A DNA stretch of 64,000 nt from Octopus vulgaris. Lineage: Eukaryota. The stretch lies in contig OX597827.1 in the NCBI GenBank assembly GCA_951406725.2, positions 20,026,001 through 20,090,000 on the forward strand, read 5' to 3'. The notes beneath the pieces were generated by a model, which ran no database searches, was not told the DNA's origin, and was given only the letters and a program-made list of their open reading frames with translations. The translations under genes and the position numbers were made by a program. Positions within the stretch are counted from its first letter, which is position 1, and every line of letters starts with the position of its first letter. This document shows positions 1 through 14,302 of the stretch, piece after piece.

Positions 1-553
1 AGGAGGAAAATGGAGAAGATAATCATTTGACAAACATTAGCTTACGAACATAATCTGGATCTATTTATTAATTACAATTATATGAATAAATAAATGAGTG
101 AATACAACTCTATTCTTACAGCTGTTTTAATCTTTGGAGATCCAGCATCCCAAATTTGACACCTCATACCAAGATTATACAAATATCATACAAAGATTGG
201 ACAAAAATTGAACCCCAGAGCTTCATTAGAGACTCCATAATGGCAAGAATTAAACAAGTAAAAACGTAAACTAAAATAATGAAAAATAGTAAAAAAGTAA
301 ATCCAAAGATTGTGAGATCTCATCTTATTTCAATCTCAGAGATTTCTGCTTTTATCTCATTGATTGGATTTCCTGAATTTCAGCTGCATAGAACTCTGCA
401 TTATACTCTCTTGTGTTTGATTGATATGTAGTCTGCTAGCCGAGTCCACAAGAGGAGCTTTCTATGAGAGCCACACAATTCTATTAATCCATATATTACA
501 CTACAAATGTATATGAGAGAGAGAGAGTGTGTGTGTGTGTGTGTGCGCGCGCG

Positions 554-595
<42 letters not shown>

Positions 596-1267
596 ATATA
601 CTATGCAACAGAATTGCTGAAAAATATTTATTAGAATCGAAGGTCTAGCAAAGAAATAAAACGGGACTATTTATTCTCTTTTTTTTTTAATCAAGAATCG
701 AATCCTCAATATAGAATATAACAATATCAAGCATAGTTAGAGCAACATCGACACACTAAAGTTCATAGCCGATTTATTTGTATTCGGTTGCCTGAAACGA
801 ACCATAGGTAAATCTGAAATGTTTTGCAGAAACAAAAAGAAAATGGATTTAGAAAGATAAAAACTAAATGAACGAAGTTCAGAAAAATTATAGAAGTCTA
901 GAATATTCTACAGAAACAATTATAAGTCTACGATAATCCATAGAAACAGGCATAAGTCTGAATATTCCATATAAAAAATGGTTCCTTTTTTTTTTCAATT
1001 TTTTTTTTTCAAAAAAATGGTTTTTGGAAAAGGGAACAAAACGAGAGATTTATAAACGTGAATGTTCCAGATTTAAGTGAGAAGATAGAAGCAGGGGAAT
1101 ATACATACACACGCGCGCGCACGTACTTATATATATATATATATATATACATGTGTGTGTGTGAGTGTGATAGTGGGAGATAATTAATGCATGCATATGT
1201 GCATACATACAATCAAACACACATATATACCAAAAGAAAACAGTTTAATATATATACACTCATATAT

Positions 1268-1303
<36 letters not shown>

Positions 1304-1449
1304 TATACAATATATAAACATATATATACATACATACACACATATATATACAAACAGATATAAAATATATACACATACGTACATATACATATATATACAC
1401 ATACATATATAGTATATATATATGTGTGTATACACACACACACACACAA

Positions 1450-1812
1450 GACACTGTGTTGGGCCCACTTCTTTTCATCATCTACATCAATGAAGTGGGT
1501 GACCGGGCATGCCTTCAGACAGATCTACTGGCTGTCATCCAATGGGCGGAAAAGAATAATATGCTACTGAACGAGGACAAATTTGAGTTAATCCACTTCG
1601 GAAAGGAGGATTCCCTGAAACCCCCATACTCCTTTTCTTCAGGTGAAACTCTTATGGCTTCCAACAACATCAGAGATTTGGGAGTAATTGTGGACAACAA
1701 CATAAGCTGGGCCGCTCATATAAGCAGCAAAGTTGACATGGCTCGCAGAATGTGCTCCTGGATTCTCAGAACTTTCCAGTCGAGAGATATCCACACTATT
1801 ATCCTTCTCTTC
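1450..1812 (+). mobile_element. CR1/L2-group LINE reverse transcriptase fragment, internally deleted
   Basis: TVLGPLLFIIYINE...LQTDLLAVIQWAEKNNMLLNEDKFELIHFG...IRDLGVIVDNNISW. The xADD motif segment is missing. Confidence 0.8.
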
Positions 1813-2689
1813 TGCATTTATATATATATATATATATCATGTTATATTGTAATATATCTAAAATATATTTTTAAAGAAATTTTTGTAATTTTGGGGATTA
1901 ATAAAGATCCCGCTAAAATGTTGGATGCCAGATGTTGGCGGTTCGGGTTGGACTATCTCCGTGCGTTGTTCCGATATTTCCTGATTTCCATCAGCGAACC
2001 CCACTCAATACTCCCTTTTGTAGATGGAGTATATTTCGAGCTCACCATTATGCCATATTCTGTTCGTGTTTACGAAGGGAAGTGAAGAGGGTTTTGGATG
2101 GTTGAGAAAAGAAATCCTCACTAAAGCTTTCATGTCTGGTGGAACAAACGCTGTGAGTAGTCTGTGGTTCTTCACCATATTTCTCAGGAGGAAACATAAT
2201 CAGAAAGAGAGTGGTGAGCACATAGAGAGAGAGACAGACAGACAGAGACAGACAGAGGGACAAACCGACACACAGACAGAGACAGACAGAGGGACAAACC
2301 GACACACAGACAGAGACAGAGAGAGGGACAAACTGACACACAGACAGACAAACAGAAGAATTGTCCTCGGTATATTCCTGGTGCTTTATTTATGGAGCCT
2401 GGAAGGACGAGAAGTCAAGTTGACATCAGAGGGATCAGAATTCAGAGAGACAGCATACCACAAGGTATTCTATTCGATACTGTAACGATGACTCTGACAC
2501 TTCGCCGCCATATAAACACACACACGCACACACACACACACACACACAGATATATATATATACACACATACACACACATACACACAAACAAATACACACA
2601 CAAAAACATATACACATGCCCGCAAGCACATACACACACACTTATTTACGTACATATGTGTGTCACATAAGCGTGTGTATGTTTATATA

Positions 2690-3272
<583 letters not shown>

Positions 3273-3425
3273 CAGGTGTGTGTACATGTATGTGAATAGA
3301 TGTATACATACATCCATTTACGAGCGCTTACATGTGTGTTTGTGTGTATCGCTGTTATATATAGTGATGAGTGTCCTTTGTAACGCACAAATGTCACCTA
3401 CTCACTCACACATGCACACACTGAT

Positions 3426-3457
<32 letters not shown>

Positions 3458-4417
3458 ACTCAAACATATGCGCGTGCACGCATACACATGCACACACACA
3501 CACACACACTCACATACACACTCACATACACACATGCACACAATTACTTGTGTACCGGATGTTACATTGCAGCGATAGATTGGGTGGTGAAGCTCTGAAA
3601 CGAGCGGGAACGGCACACGGGCGCGGCGCCGGAAATGAAAACTAAATTGCTACGCATGCCCAAGTGAATATCTCGTTGTTAACCTCTTCTCTCTTCTGTT
3701 TGCATTTGCCATATTGGCTTTTTTGTACGGCATTTGTCAAGCACTTAAGCAAGATTTTTCAATGGGTGTTGACAATAATACATTGGGCAACATCACTTAT
3801 CTCGGCTGTAATCGATGTTTTGATTGGGTTAGGGGTGGGGAGGACATTTGTTCGTATATTTACACTCTCTCTCCCTCTCTCTCTCCCCTCTCTTTCTCTC
3901 TCTAACACACACACACACACACACACACATTCTCTCTTTCCTTTCACGTATATTTTCTAAAATATTTAAAGATATCAAAAACAAATGAAAGGATGTATTC
4001 AAAGTGTATTTAGCTTTGTAGATTTCTAATCATCTATCCAATAATTAGTCTACACACACTCATACATACATACATACATATATACATATGGGTGTGTGTA
4101 TGTATATACATGTATGTGTATGTATATATATATATATGTATACGTATATAACTAAATTTCTATATATGCCCACATATACACATACACGTGTGTGTGTGTG
4201 TACGCCTGCGTCTGTGTGTATCATTAGACAGTTGTGGTAATAGAAACAGTCGGACGAAACTCTGAGTAACAGTTTGTGAAGATTTTTCAGCATTAATAAA
4301 ATAGTATTTTTCTCTACCTTTAGCTTTCGAGTACTATTTTTTCAACATTTTTTTTATGCCCATGTGCTTAATTATTTAATCGTGTGTGTATATGCGTATG
4401 TGAATGCGTGTGTGTGT

Positions 4418-4457
<40 letters not shown>

Positions 4458-4870
4458 CATATATGTATGTATAAATTTTCCGAATTTGTGTAAATGTGTA
4501 TAGAATAATATATCAGCATGGTCTGGTTTTCATGCTTTTTATTATTACATTTTAAATTTTGTTTTCTTTACAATGTTGTAATATTTCGTAATGTTCATAA
4601 AGTTCAATTAACGCTTTCATACGTTCGTAGTAATCATCAGATTTCAAAATGTATTTAACTGGCAGTTGAGTTGAGTACTAAACACACACACACACATACA
4701 CATATTTCTGTCTATTTACTTTCTATCGGGAAACCTGTTATGGCAAATTAAGCCTCCTTATATCTTGTACTTTAACTGCCTTTTGGTGTCTTTTATTTTC
4801 TTTTATCTTCTTTTATTGTCATTTCTATCCTTTCTTACTAACGCCATTATTCTGATATCTTACTATAAAT

Positions 4871-5798
4871 GCTCAGTCCAACTTGGACTGAGCATCAACA
4901 TCAAGAAGACTCACTTACTCTACCAACCGCCTCCCAATGCCCGTGTTGACAACCCGCCATCGATTCAACTCGAAGGAAATACACTGGAAAATGTGAACCA
5001 TTTCTGCTACCTTGGGAGCCATCTGTCAGCAAAGGTAGACCTCAGCGATGAAATCCAACACCGTCTGAAGTGTGCAGGAGCAGCTTTCGGCAAGCTTCGA
5101 ACAAGAGTTTTTGCTGATCGGGACATCCGAACCGAAACCAAACTCATGGTGTACAGGGCAGTCATTATTCCAACTCTCCTTTACGCATCCGAAACCTGGA
5201 CCCCGTATAGTCACCACCTGAAAACGTTCGAGAAATTTCACCAACGCTGTTTTCGGAAGATCCTTAACATCAGCTGGGAAGACAGAACTAACGTCAGCGT
5301 GCTACAAGAAGCAAAAATGACCAGCATCGAAGCCTGTGTCATCAAAGGCCAACTAAGATGGAGCGGCCACGTGGTTAGAATGACTGACGAACGACTTCCC
5401 AAACAGATCTTCTACTCCCAACTCAAAGACGGCAAGGGTACAAAAGGAGGCCAGAAGAAACGCTACAAGGACTCCCTGAAATCGAACCTCAAAAAGTGTG
5501 ACATTGACTTCACCAACTGGGAGGAAACGGCAAAAAACAGACCACTCTGGAAAACCACCATCCATGAGGGAACGACGACTTTCGAGTCGAAAAGGTCTGC
5601 AGAGCTGGAGGAGAAAAGACGACGACGGAAGGAGCGCCAACAACAACCACGTGCGACTCTCCCTTCCGGTACTAGATGACCACACTGCGACCGATCTTTT
5701 CAAGCAAGAATTGGTCTTATCGGTCACCTACGGACTCACCAGTAAATTTGCGCGAAGACCATCATCCTCGACCTTGAGGGATTGCCATCAGCATCATC
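4871..5798 (+). mobile_element. 5'-truncated RTE (BovB-like) LINE 3' end with C-terminal C2H2 finger and (CAT)n tail
   Basis: GLSINIKKT...FCYLGS...LLYASETW...QLRWSGHVVRM...GGQKKRYKD. After an in-frame TGA the frame continues PHCDRSFQARIGLIGHLRTHQ*. Candidate TSD ACTATAAAT at 4862-4870 and 5799-5807. Confidence 0.9.
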
Positions 5799-5818
5799 AC
5801 TATAAATACATATACATA

Positions 5819-6022
5819 GGCGCAGGAGTGGCAGTGTGGTAAGTAGCTATAGGCGCATGAGTGGCTGGATGGTAAGTAGCTTACTTACCAACCACATGGT
5901 TCCGGGTTCAGTCCGACTGCGTGGCACCTTGGGCAAGTGTCTTCTACTATAGCCTCGGACCGACCAAAGCCTTGTGAGTGGATTTGGTAGACGGAAACTG
6001 AAAGAAGCCCGTCGTATATATG

Positions 6023-6062
<40 letters not shown>

Positions 6063-6276
6063 AGTGTGTTTGTCTGTGTTTGTCCCCCCAACATCGCTTG
6101 ACAACCGATGCTGGTGTGTTTACGTCCCCGTCACTTAGCGGTTCGGCAAAAGAGACCAATAGAATATGTACTAGGCTCACAAAGAATAAGTCCTGGGGGT
6201 CGATTTGATCGACTAAAAAGCGGTGCTCCAGCATGGGTGCAGTCAAATCACTGAAACAAGTAAAAGAGTAAAAGAG
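5819..6276 (+). mobile_element. tRNA-derived SINE family A (internal (AT)/(GT) microsatellite, GTAAAAGA tail), with duplicated 5' head
   Basis: A/B-box-like head TGGCTG..TGGT / GGTTCAGTCCC. Closely similar copies occur elsewhere in the window. Confidence 0.85.
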
Positions 6277-6397
6277 TATACATATATATATATATATATA
6301 AGTATACGCACACACATACATGCACACATGCATACATTCATACTCACACAGTGCATATATATATACACGTATACATATACCTACCTGTCTGTCTATC

Positions 6398-6457
<60 letters not shown>

Positions 6458-6489
6458 CATATATATGTATGTACACACACATATACACG

Positions 6490-6544
<55 letters not shown>

Positions 6545-6651
6545 CATTTCATTTCATTTTGGAGTTTCATGTGTGGGGGAGGGCGAGGCCGAACATCTCT
6601 ACAGCGTGTCATGATCTCAAGATTACCAAATCTCTTCTTTTTCTTTTCAAG

Positions 6652-6747
6652 GATCTATAACGTTTGCAAACATGGGTATCGCCATGTTGGAGCCGTCCCT
6701 ACCAATGTGGATGTCGGACACAATGGGCGCACCCGAATGGGAGCAAG
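6652..6747 (+). CDS. SLC18A2: Vesicular monoamine transporter (VMAT), internal exon (TM7 region); first exon of this gene seen in the window
   Basis: ttttcaag|GA...CAAG|gtaag. Encodes (G)[32 protein letters not shown], which aligns with human VMAT2 [23 protein letters not shown]. 96 bp, phase 1/1. The invertebrate gene is a co-ortholog of SLC18A1/2. Confidence 0.95.
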
Positions 6748-7028
6748 GTAAGATGCTATTCATTCCATATCGAACTCGCATGCGATTGTTCAAAGTGTGT
6801 GTGTGTTGTGATAATTGCATACTTGGGGAAATTTATGGGATAGGTTTTATTAAAGAACTGGTAATCCTGTGAGTATAATTAATGAGTAAATATCGAGTTA
6901 TACAGTTGTGGTCCTAAAGCTGTCTTTGTCCACAGAGCGGCAATGCTTTCATTGCCCTTTGTAAAGAACGCAACTTTGATATGAAAAGAATAATACAAAC
7001 ATTAAGGTATACACACACGCGCTCACTT

Positions 7029-7078
<50 letters not shown>

Positions 7079-7081
7079 ACT

Positions 7082-7118
<37 letters not shown>

Positions 7119-7351
7119 CCTATTGATACTGGTACGGGAAAACGATCGATTTGTGTGATTGAAACTTTCTCTAAATGTAACTGAGAATCTTCGTTAAATG
7201 GTTAAAGCAGGTGCTGACCTTTCACGGGGTAAAGATTTTCAGGAGATATTTTCCCCAAAAAATGTTTTAGCTCTAAAAAGTATATTTCATTTTAGATGTA
7301 AGGATACTGAAGTCTTCTTTCACAACCATATGTATTAAAAGCAAAAAGCTG

Positions 7352-7769
7352 GGATCTTTTCGGTTTGAACAGCAGTTTTTTCTAGCGGTGTCATATGGAA
7401 TTGTCACCCATAATTATGACCCTAGTATCGATCTATTGCATTTCAATCTGTTTTAGGGTTAGGGTTAGGGGTGGGGGGAAGGGTATCTTTTTTCTTCACA
7501 AATATAAATAAACCCAATCTGTTTCTTAAACGAGGGACATACCCATACGGCACAGAATGTTTTTTTTTACCTCAATGAACGTCAGTGATTGGTTGAAATT
7601 ACAGAAATTGAAGAAAAAAACAACAAATATCTTACAAACTATAGAATTTTCTCAATAAAGCCAAGAGAAAAAGATGTTTTATAAACACATTCTACCAGTA
7701 CACGAAGTTAAAATTTTTTTAGTTACCTAGAAATTATGTTAAAAACTGCCGTTCAAACCGAAAAGATCT
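7352..7769 (+). mobile_element. GG-terminated MITE (Merlin-like) with internal TTAGGG repeats, copy 1
   Basis: TIR GGATCTTTTCGGTTTGAAC.GCAGTTTTT; 8-bp TSD AAAAGCTG. Confidence 0.88.
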
Positions 7770-7916
7770 AAAAGCTGTACCAGAGTGTTGAAAATAAAAT
7801 CTAGTTTTAAAGGGGTTTGTTGAGTGAGAGTGTGACCGAAAGGTAGAAAGTTTAATTAAAAATTGATGTTAACATTGGAACTGTCGTTGGCTAATTCTTA
7901 CACCTTTCCTTTTCAG

Positions 7917-7995
7917 GTGTTGCCTTTTTACCCGCAAGCATTTCGTATTTGATAGGAACAAATGTATTTGGTTTACTGGCTCATAAAATAGGCAG
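7917..7995 (+). CDS. SLC18A2: VMAT exon (TM8)
   Basis: cttttcag|GT...GGCAG|gtaagt. Encodes [27 protein letters not shown]. 79 bp, phase 1/2. Confidence 0.96.
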
Positions 7996-8259
7996 GTAAG
8001 TGAATTGAGGATTGTGGGTTTTTTTTTAGTAAATGTTGTTCAAATTTCGGTAAAGTTGCGCGATCACTTTAATAAGGAGATATCGAGAGAACGATGGAGA
8101 TCAGAAATAAAAGCAATGACGATGACGACGACGATGATGATGAAAAGAAAAGGCAACAAATACAACAGCAACAACAATACATCGTGCTCCAATCTTCATC
8201 GTTTGGTGATAATTTTCGTTCAGTAATATGCGTGTGTGAATGTATGTATGTATGTTGCA

Positions 8260-8753
8260 TGGTCGGGTCGTCGGCGACTAAACCGGTAACCCCACCAAGC
8301 TTGCTTGGTCAGGAGGGTGTTTATTGGACACCCTGCGGGATGAAAAACAAAACCCGTCAAAGGGCGGAGGAACTCTTGAGAGTCAACGGCCATCCAATAA
8401 ATGCCTTAAGGCTGTATCATGCGCGTGGACATAGAAATAATCGGACTGAATACCCGATCGCGCGGTTAAACCATTGGGAATGAAGGACTCCTAGCCCTTG
8501 TTAGGGCATCTTTCTAGGAGAAGGTAACTCAGGTAACTGGGATAACTCCGACATAAAACCTGCGGCTCAGTGGTTACCGATGATGTTGACTTGTTCTTTT
8601 CGGATTATGGCTGCTGTTGCTTAGTGAGTGGGATTGACTCAGTGCACAGCCTTTCGTCACTTTAAAAAAATCTTCTTGCACAGGCATTGCACGATAACAA
8701 CATTGATTAAGCTTCGTGCAATGGCCATACTCGATAACGAGGGGGTAGCTACC
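8260..8753 (+). mobile_element. GC-richer repeat, possibly an RTE-type 5' UTR or non-autonomous derivative
   Basis: Contains CTAGGAGAAGGTAACTC, a motif recalled from RTE 5' UTRs, and several local hairpins. Single copy in this window. Confidence 0.35.
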
Positions 8754-8837
8754 ATGTATGTATATATGTATAGAATGATAGATGGATGGATGGAAGGATA
8801 GATAGATAGAAAGATAGATAGATAGATGGATGGATGC

Positions 8838-8895
<58 letters not shown>

Positions 8896-8972
8896 GGATG
8901 GATGCATAGATAGATAGATAGATGGATGGATGCAGAGATAGGTAGATGGATGGATGGATGGATTGATGGATG

Positions 8973-9013
<41 letters not shown>

Positions 9014-9728
9014 TGGGTTGTACGCATGCGTGTTTCTAAACCTTGAGTGTGATGCATTCGCTCTTCCGTGGTTGCTGTACGGAAACATACCAGGTCTTTG
9101 CACATCTCGTGATGTGGAATGAAGGATCCAGGCAAGTATAGGTGTGTATGTGTGCTCGCGCGCGCGTGCATATGTATCTTCGCTTTAATATGCGACCGAT
9201 ATTTATTCTCTGCGTTAACGTGTATTCATGTAGATGTGTGTATGCGTTCGTGTACGTATTTGTATGTGTGTGTGTGTGTGTGTGTGTGTGCATGTGTAGG
9301 AACGGTTTCTCTGCTGTCGGTTTTATACAGTCAACCTGAAGGATAGGTGGAGACATTAAAGCACAAAAATGCCGATAATTTCTACAACAAACAGTCAAAA
9401 TGTCGCTTTTATGTAAAACAGGAAAGAAAAAGGAATAAAGTTGTTTGGTTTTGTTTTGTTTTTTTCCGAGAGGAGAGAAATGACTCGGAAATATGAAGAA
9501 AGAATCAGGCGTCATGGGACACATTTTCAAAGATTATCCCCAAAAAATCCAGATATAGCGAGGGGAAGGGGTGTCATTAATATCTGAAAAGGTAAATTAG
9601 TCAAATATACCTGAAAATAACATCTCAGATATTCTAATACAATTGTGACACTCCTCGTCTCCGATAAGTCGATTTATTATTAAAAGTAAAAAAAAAAAGC
9701 AGTGAAGTATATGAAGAAACATGAAAAC

Positions 9729-9819
9729 ATTATCATCATCATCATTATTATTATTATTATTATTATCATTATTATTATTATTATTATTATTATCATTATT
9801 ATTATTATTATTATTATTA

Positions 9820-9856
<37 letters not shown>

Positions 9857-9879
9857 CATTATTATTATCATTATTATTA

Positions 9880-9913
<34 letters not shown>

Positions 9914-9921
9914 CATTATTA

Positions 9922-9964
<43 letters not shown>

Positions 9965-10002
9965 CATTATTATTATCATTATTATTATTATTATTATTAT
10001 TA

Positions 10003-10045
<43 letters not shown>

Positions 10046-10146
10046 CATTATTATTATCATTATTATTATCATTATTATTATTATTATTATTATTATCATT
10101 ATTATCATTATTATTATTATTATTATTATTATCGTTATTATTATTA

Positions 10147-10177
<31 letters not shown>

Positions 10178-10266
10178 CATTATTATTATTATTATCATTA
10201 TTATTATTATTATTATCATTATTATTATTATCATTATTATTATTATTATCATTATTATTATTATTA

Positions 10267-10298
<32 letters not shown>
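9729..10298. repeat. (ATT/ATC)n trinucleotide microsatellite, ~570 bp
   Basis: Read directly; source of the spurious poly-I/N/L ORFs. Confidence 0.97.
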
Positions 10299-10302
<4 letters not shown>

Positions 10303-11589
10303 GATATGTTATTGTTCGGCAAAATGTGGGCTGTATCGGAGTCATCTCATTTTTGTACTAGAAAAAAATAATCTTGAAGCATTTGACGCTTAATTGCTTT
10401 CGTGTAACCAAATAGAAATAAAATAGGTACCGCTAATGATTTGGAGAGTCCTATGAATATAAATTTTCTGTTTATTTTTTAATCTAATAATGATACAGTC
10501 TGTGATATTGAATTGGGGATGGCAGAGACCAAACATTAGAATTATCACTTCAAACATTGGTATAGAATGTTAGGAAGATTATTGGTGAAATCCTGGCAAC
10601 CAAACGATTTGCTCTCTTAACTACCCCACACTTGTCCGGAAAAGAAACCTTCCCAATATTTATATTTCTTTTTAAAAGAATTGACTTTTCTTTATTTGTC
10701 ACTGGTAACGCTGCAAACGACGACATATTGAAAAAGAAATATGTAAATCTTTACAAAAGAAACCTGTTGTGCAGCCAGGTAATATAAACTAGTGCTGTAT
10801 TCCTTTAACAATCAAAAACGATAATTCAATCATTATTTTCGATTTTAAATTAGACAACGAGCATGCAGTCGATAAAGTAATTTTCTGTTCCTGAATTCAA
10901 TATCTGAATCTGTTTTGTCTACGAAAATATTTCAAATTTATTTCCATTCTGTCATTTTAGTCCAATATCGACAAAATATTGCCTTCTTTTGACTCAGTAC
11001 AGAAATGGAAAGATAATAAATTGAATCAACGTTGATATATTATCGGAACTCATTTTAAGGACCCAAAAGAATTCCGGCCGAAGTCAATTGAACAAATTAA
11101 ATTAGAAATCAAAACATTGAAGAACAGAACTAAGACGAAGTTGTTTTGTGCTCCTTCTTTTCTGCTCATTCACTACCCTTAAATTTTAATGTTGCTTTAC
11201 TGGCTCTCTCTAGGTTTTCAGCCAATATATTTACCTGCAATGCTGATAAAACTTGTCTGATCTGACTTATGGAGTCTGTTACTTTAAAACATTACTCCGC
11301 AGTTCTAAAACTCTCAACACATCTATCTTCCGCTTATTTTTCACAAGACTTTTATGAAAAATTGCTGGGTAGTTTTAGAATCCTGGATATTACTCAGAGA
11401 GAGAGTATTTGATTGGCAGAAGCATCAGAGCGTTGCCAAACTGCTTGAAGATATTTCGTTTGCATCCCGAATATAAGTCCTTTCGACTTGTCTTTCCTTC
11501 TTCTGAGATCGATAAAACAAAATACTGTTTGAGTAGTGGAGTCGATTGATGCGTCTCTACCCGCCTCTAAAACTTCCTTCTTTCAATAT

Positions 11590-12565
11590 TAAAACTACTT
11601 TCTTTTTTCTTTTTTTGAGAAACCTATTTTCTCAAGAATGGTATTTAGGCAGTGTATCCCAGAGCCCCAAGAATTACAGGTATAAACCTGGACTTGTAAT
11701 CTGGATTAGAGTAACTGCAGATTTCTCAATAGTTCAGCATAGGTGTTCTCTTTTTCACTGATCTTCAGCTTTATGTTAACATCCGCTGGGCAGCTAATTT
11801 CTACAACTCTACACAGTTTCTCTTCTCGATCCCAAATCATTATATCAGGTCTGTTGTGCTTACATTTTATTGAATTTTTCACTGGGACATTCCATCAGTA
11901 CACCTTTTTATTATTAGTGGCTATGGTGGCTTCTACCATATTGTGGGTTCTTATTTCTTTGTTCTCGGGATTATCCTTCCGACTGATTTCATTGTAGAGT
12001 GTCCTAGCCACAACATCATGTCTCATCGGTAGATAATACCGTGATGACATTTTCAGACAACTGCTTATGGCGTGGGTAACATCTTCGGTGTTAACCCCAC
12101 AAAGTTTGCATCGGTTGTTACATTTTATTGCTTTTCTTGCATCTCTATTCCTTTTGTGCATCAGGTAATTGATTGATATTTCTTATTCCTGGATTTCAAA
12201 CGTATACCCTTCAAAGTGGGAAGTAGTAATCCGGCTATTGGCCCATGATAGACTGCTTTGATGATCAATACTACTACCATCTCGGAGTTTTCTACTAACA
12301 TATCCATACATAATCTTCTCATATAGGTTTATCCTTTCATATGATAATACATTGTAGTAGAGTCGTGCAACGTCTTTGGGCGTGTATTCTAGGTTATCAG
12401 ACAAATAGTGTTGCTCAAGGAGCTGCTTTCCAAGTCTTATGATGTTATCAGCCTCATGTATGCAAACTTGGACAAGGGATGGACTTTGACACTTCCTGGT
12501 TAAAAGATGTTGTCGAAGGAATATGATACGACACTCAAATGCATTTTGAATCGATGCTAAGCCTG
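11590..12565 (-). mobile_element. R4/Dong-like non-LTR retrotransposon 3' fragment (restriction-like endonuclease)
   Basis: CKLCGVNTEDVTHAISSC (CCHC knuckle), RHDVVA, and HNRPDIMIWD...VVEISCP; frameshifted. Confidence 0.8.
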
Positions 12566-12781
12566 TATGTATGTATGTATGTATGTATGTATGTATGTAT
12601 GTATGTATGTATGTATGTATGTATGTATGTGAGAGAGAGAGCGATAAACCTATGCCTTTCTCTGTGTGTATGAGTGAATGTAGTTTTATACACTTTCTAT
12701 ATGCAAGAATTCGCACATTGTTTCAAATATTTATTTGATTAGATTTATAAACCAATCGGACACCAATTTATTAATGAATTA

Positions 12782-13209
12782 GGATCTTTTCGGTTTGAAC
12801 GGCAGCTTTTTTCTAGCGGTGTCATATGAAATTGTCACCCATAGTTATGACCCTAGAATCAATCTATTGCATTTCAATCTCTTTTAGGGTTAGGGTTAGT
12901 TAGGGTTAGGGGTGGGGGAAGGGTATCTTTTTTTCTTCAGAAATGTAAATAAACCCAATCTGTTTCTTAAACGAGGGACATATTCATATGGCACAGAATG
13001 CTTCTTAACTCAATAGACGTCAGCGATTGGTTGAAATTGCAGAAATTGAAGAAAAAAAACAACAAATATCTTACAAACTATAGAATTTTCTCAATAAACC
13101 CAAGAGAAAAAGATGTTTTATAAACACATTCTACCAGTATACGAAGTTTAACATTTTTTAGTTACCTAGAAATTATGTTAAAAAACTGCCGTTCAAACCG
13201 AAAAGATCC
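12782..13209 (+). mobile_element. Same MITE, copy 2
   Basis: Same TIRs; decayed TSD ATGAATTA/GTGAATTG. Confidence 0.88.
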
Positions 13210-13808
13210 GTGAATTGTGTCCCTGTTGGTGCCTGTTAGCAGCTGAATAGACTAAGAGTCTAGAAAGAAGTACCAGTGGTATTTCAGGAATTCCCGAGGT
13301 TTTTCACACGTTGGCATCCAACTTTCGCTGTTTGGCTGGTTGCGTCTTGTGTTTTTGTATCTTGACTTCAATTTGCATTTGCTCTCCACATTTATCTCTA
13401 CAGAGATTTCTGTATGGTGTACGTCTTTATGAAATTGTGTGTGTGTGTGTATGTGTGTGTGTGTAGTAATATGTTTGTGTGCGAGCATGTGCTTTTGCGC
13501 AGGCGTATTTGTTTTTTTTTTCTATGCATATATAAGCACGTGTGTGTGTCTGTGGTGTAAATACTTGCTAGTACTTGCTTAAACCACACTCATAACACAT
13601 ACATACTCACGCATATACACACATAGTCACACATGTACATATATACACCTGCACAAATACAATTTACTATTTACATGCAAACACTATCAACATGATTAAA
13701 TGACTGTTTAAAGTAAATTTGTGTGTGTCTGTGTGTACACGTGTTTGTGTGTGAAAGAGAAAATGAAAGAAGGATAAGCACACGCACACACACACATATT
13801 CATATTCG

Positions 13809-13841
<33 letters not shown>

Positions 13842-13954
13842 ATGAATGCATGTATATACATAGACACATGCACATATGTGTGCGTATTTCTTCATATACA
13901 CCTTTTATATACTTACATGCATACAATCATAAATTTGTACATACACAGAAATGT

Positions 13955-14176
13955 ATGTGTTTGTGTGTGCGTGTGTGTGTGCGCGTGTGTGTGTGTGCGT
14001 GCGTGTGTGTGTGTGCGTGTGTATGTGTGTGTGTGCGTATGTGTGTTCGTGTGTGTGTGTGCGCGTGCGTGTGTGTGTGTGCGTGTGTGCGTGTGTGTGC
14101 GTGTGTGTGTGTGCGTATGTGTGTGTGTGTGTTCGTGTGTGTGTGTTCGTGTGTGCGTGCGCGTGTGTGTGTGTTC

Positions 14177-14213
<37 letters not shown>

Positions 14214-14302
14214 TGCGTGTGTGTGTGTGCGTATGTGTGTGTGTATTCGTGTGTGCGTGCGCGTGTGTGTGTGTTCGTGTGTGCGCGCGTGTGCGTGTGT
14301 GT
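13955..14302. repeat. (GT)/(GC) alternating purine-pyrimidine tract (Z-DNA prone)
   Basis: Read directly. Confidence 0.9.

Noticed and set aside
5677-5679. In-frame TGA at a zinc-finger Cys as selenocysteine recoding
   Set aside because: A single TGY>TGA mutation in a truncated LINE copy is simpler, and no SECIS was recognised.
5819-5930. tRNA genes
   Set aside because: A/B-box-like heads continue into SINE bodies and do not form complete cloverleaves.
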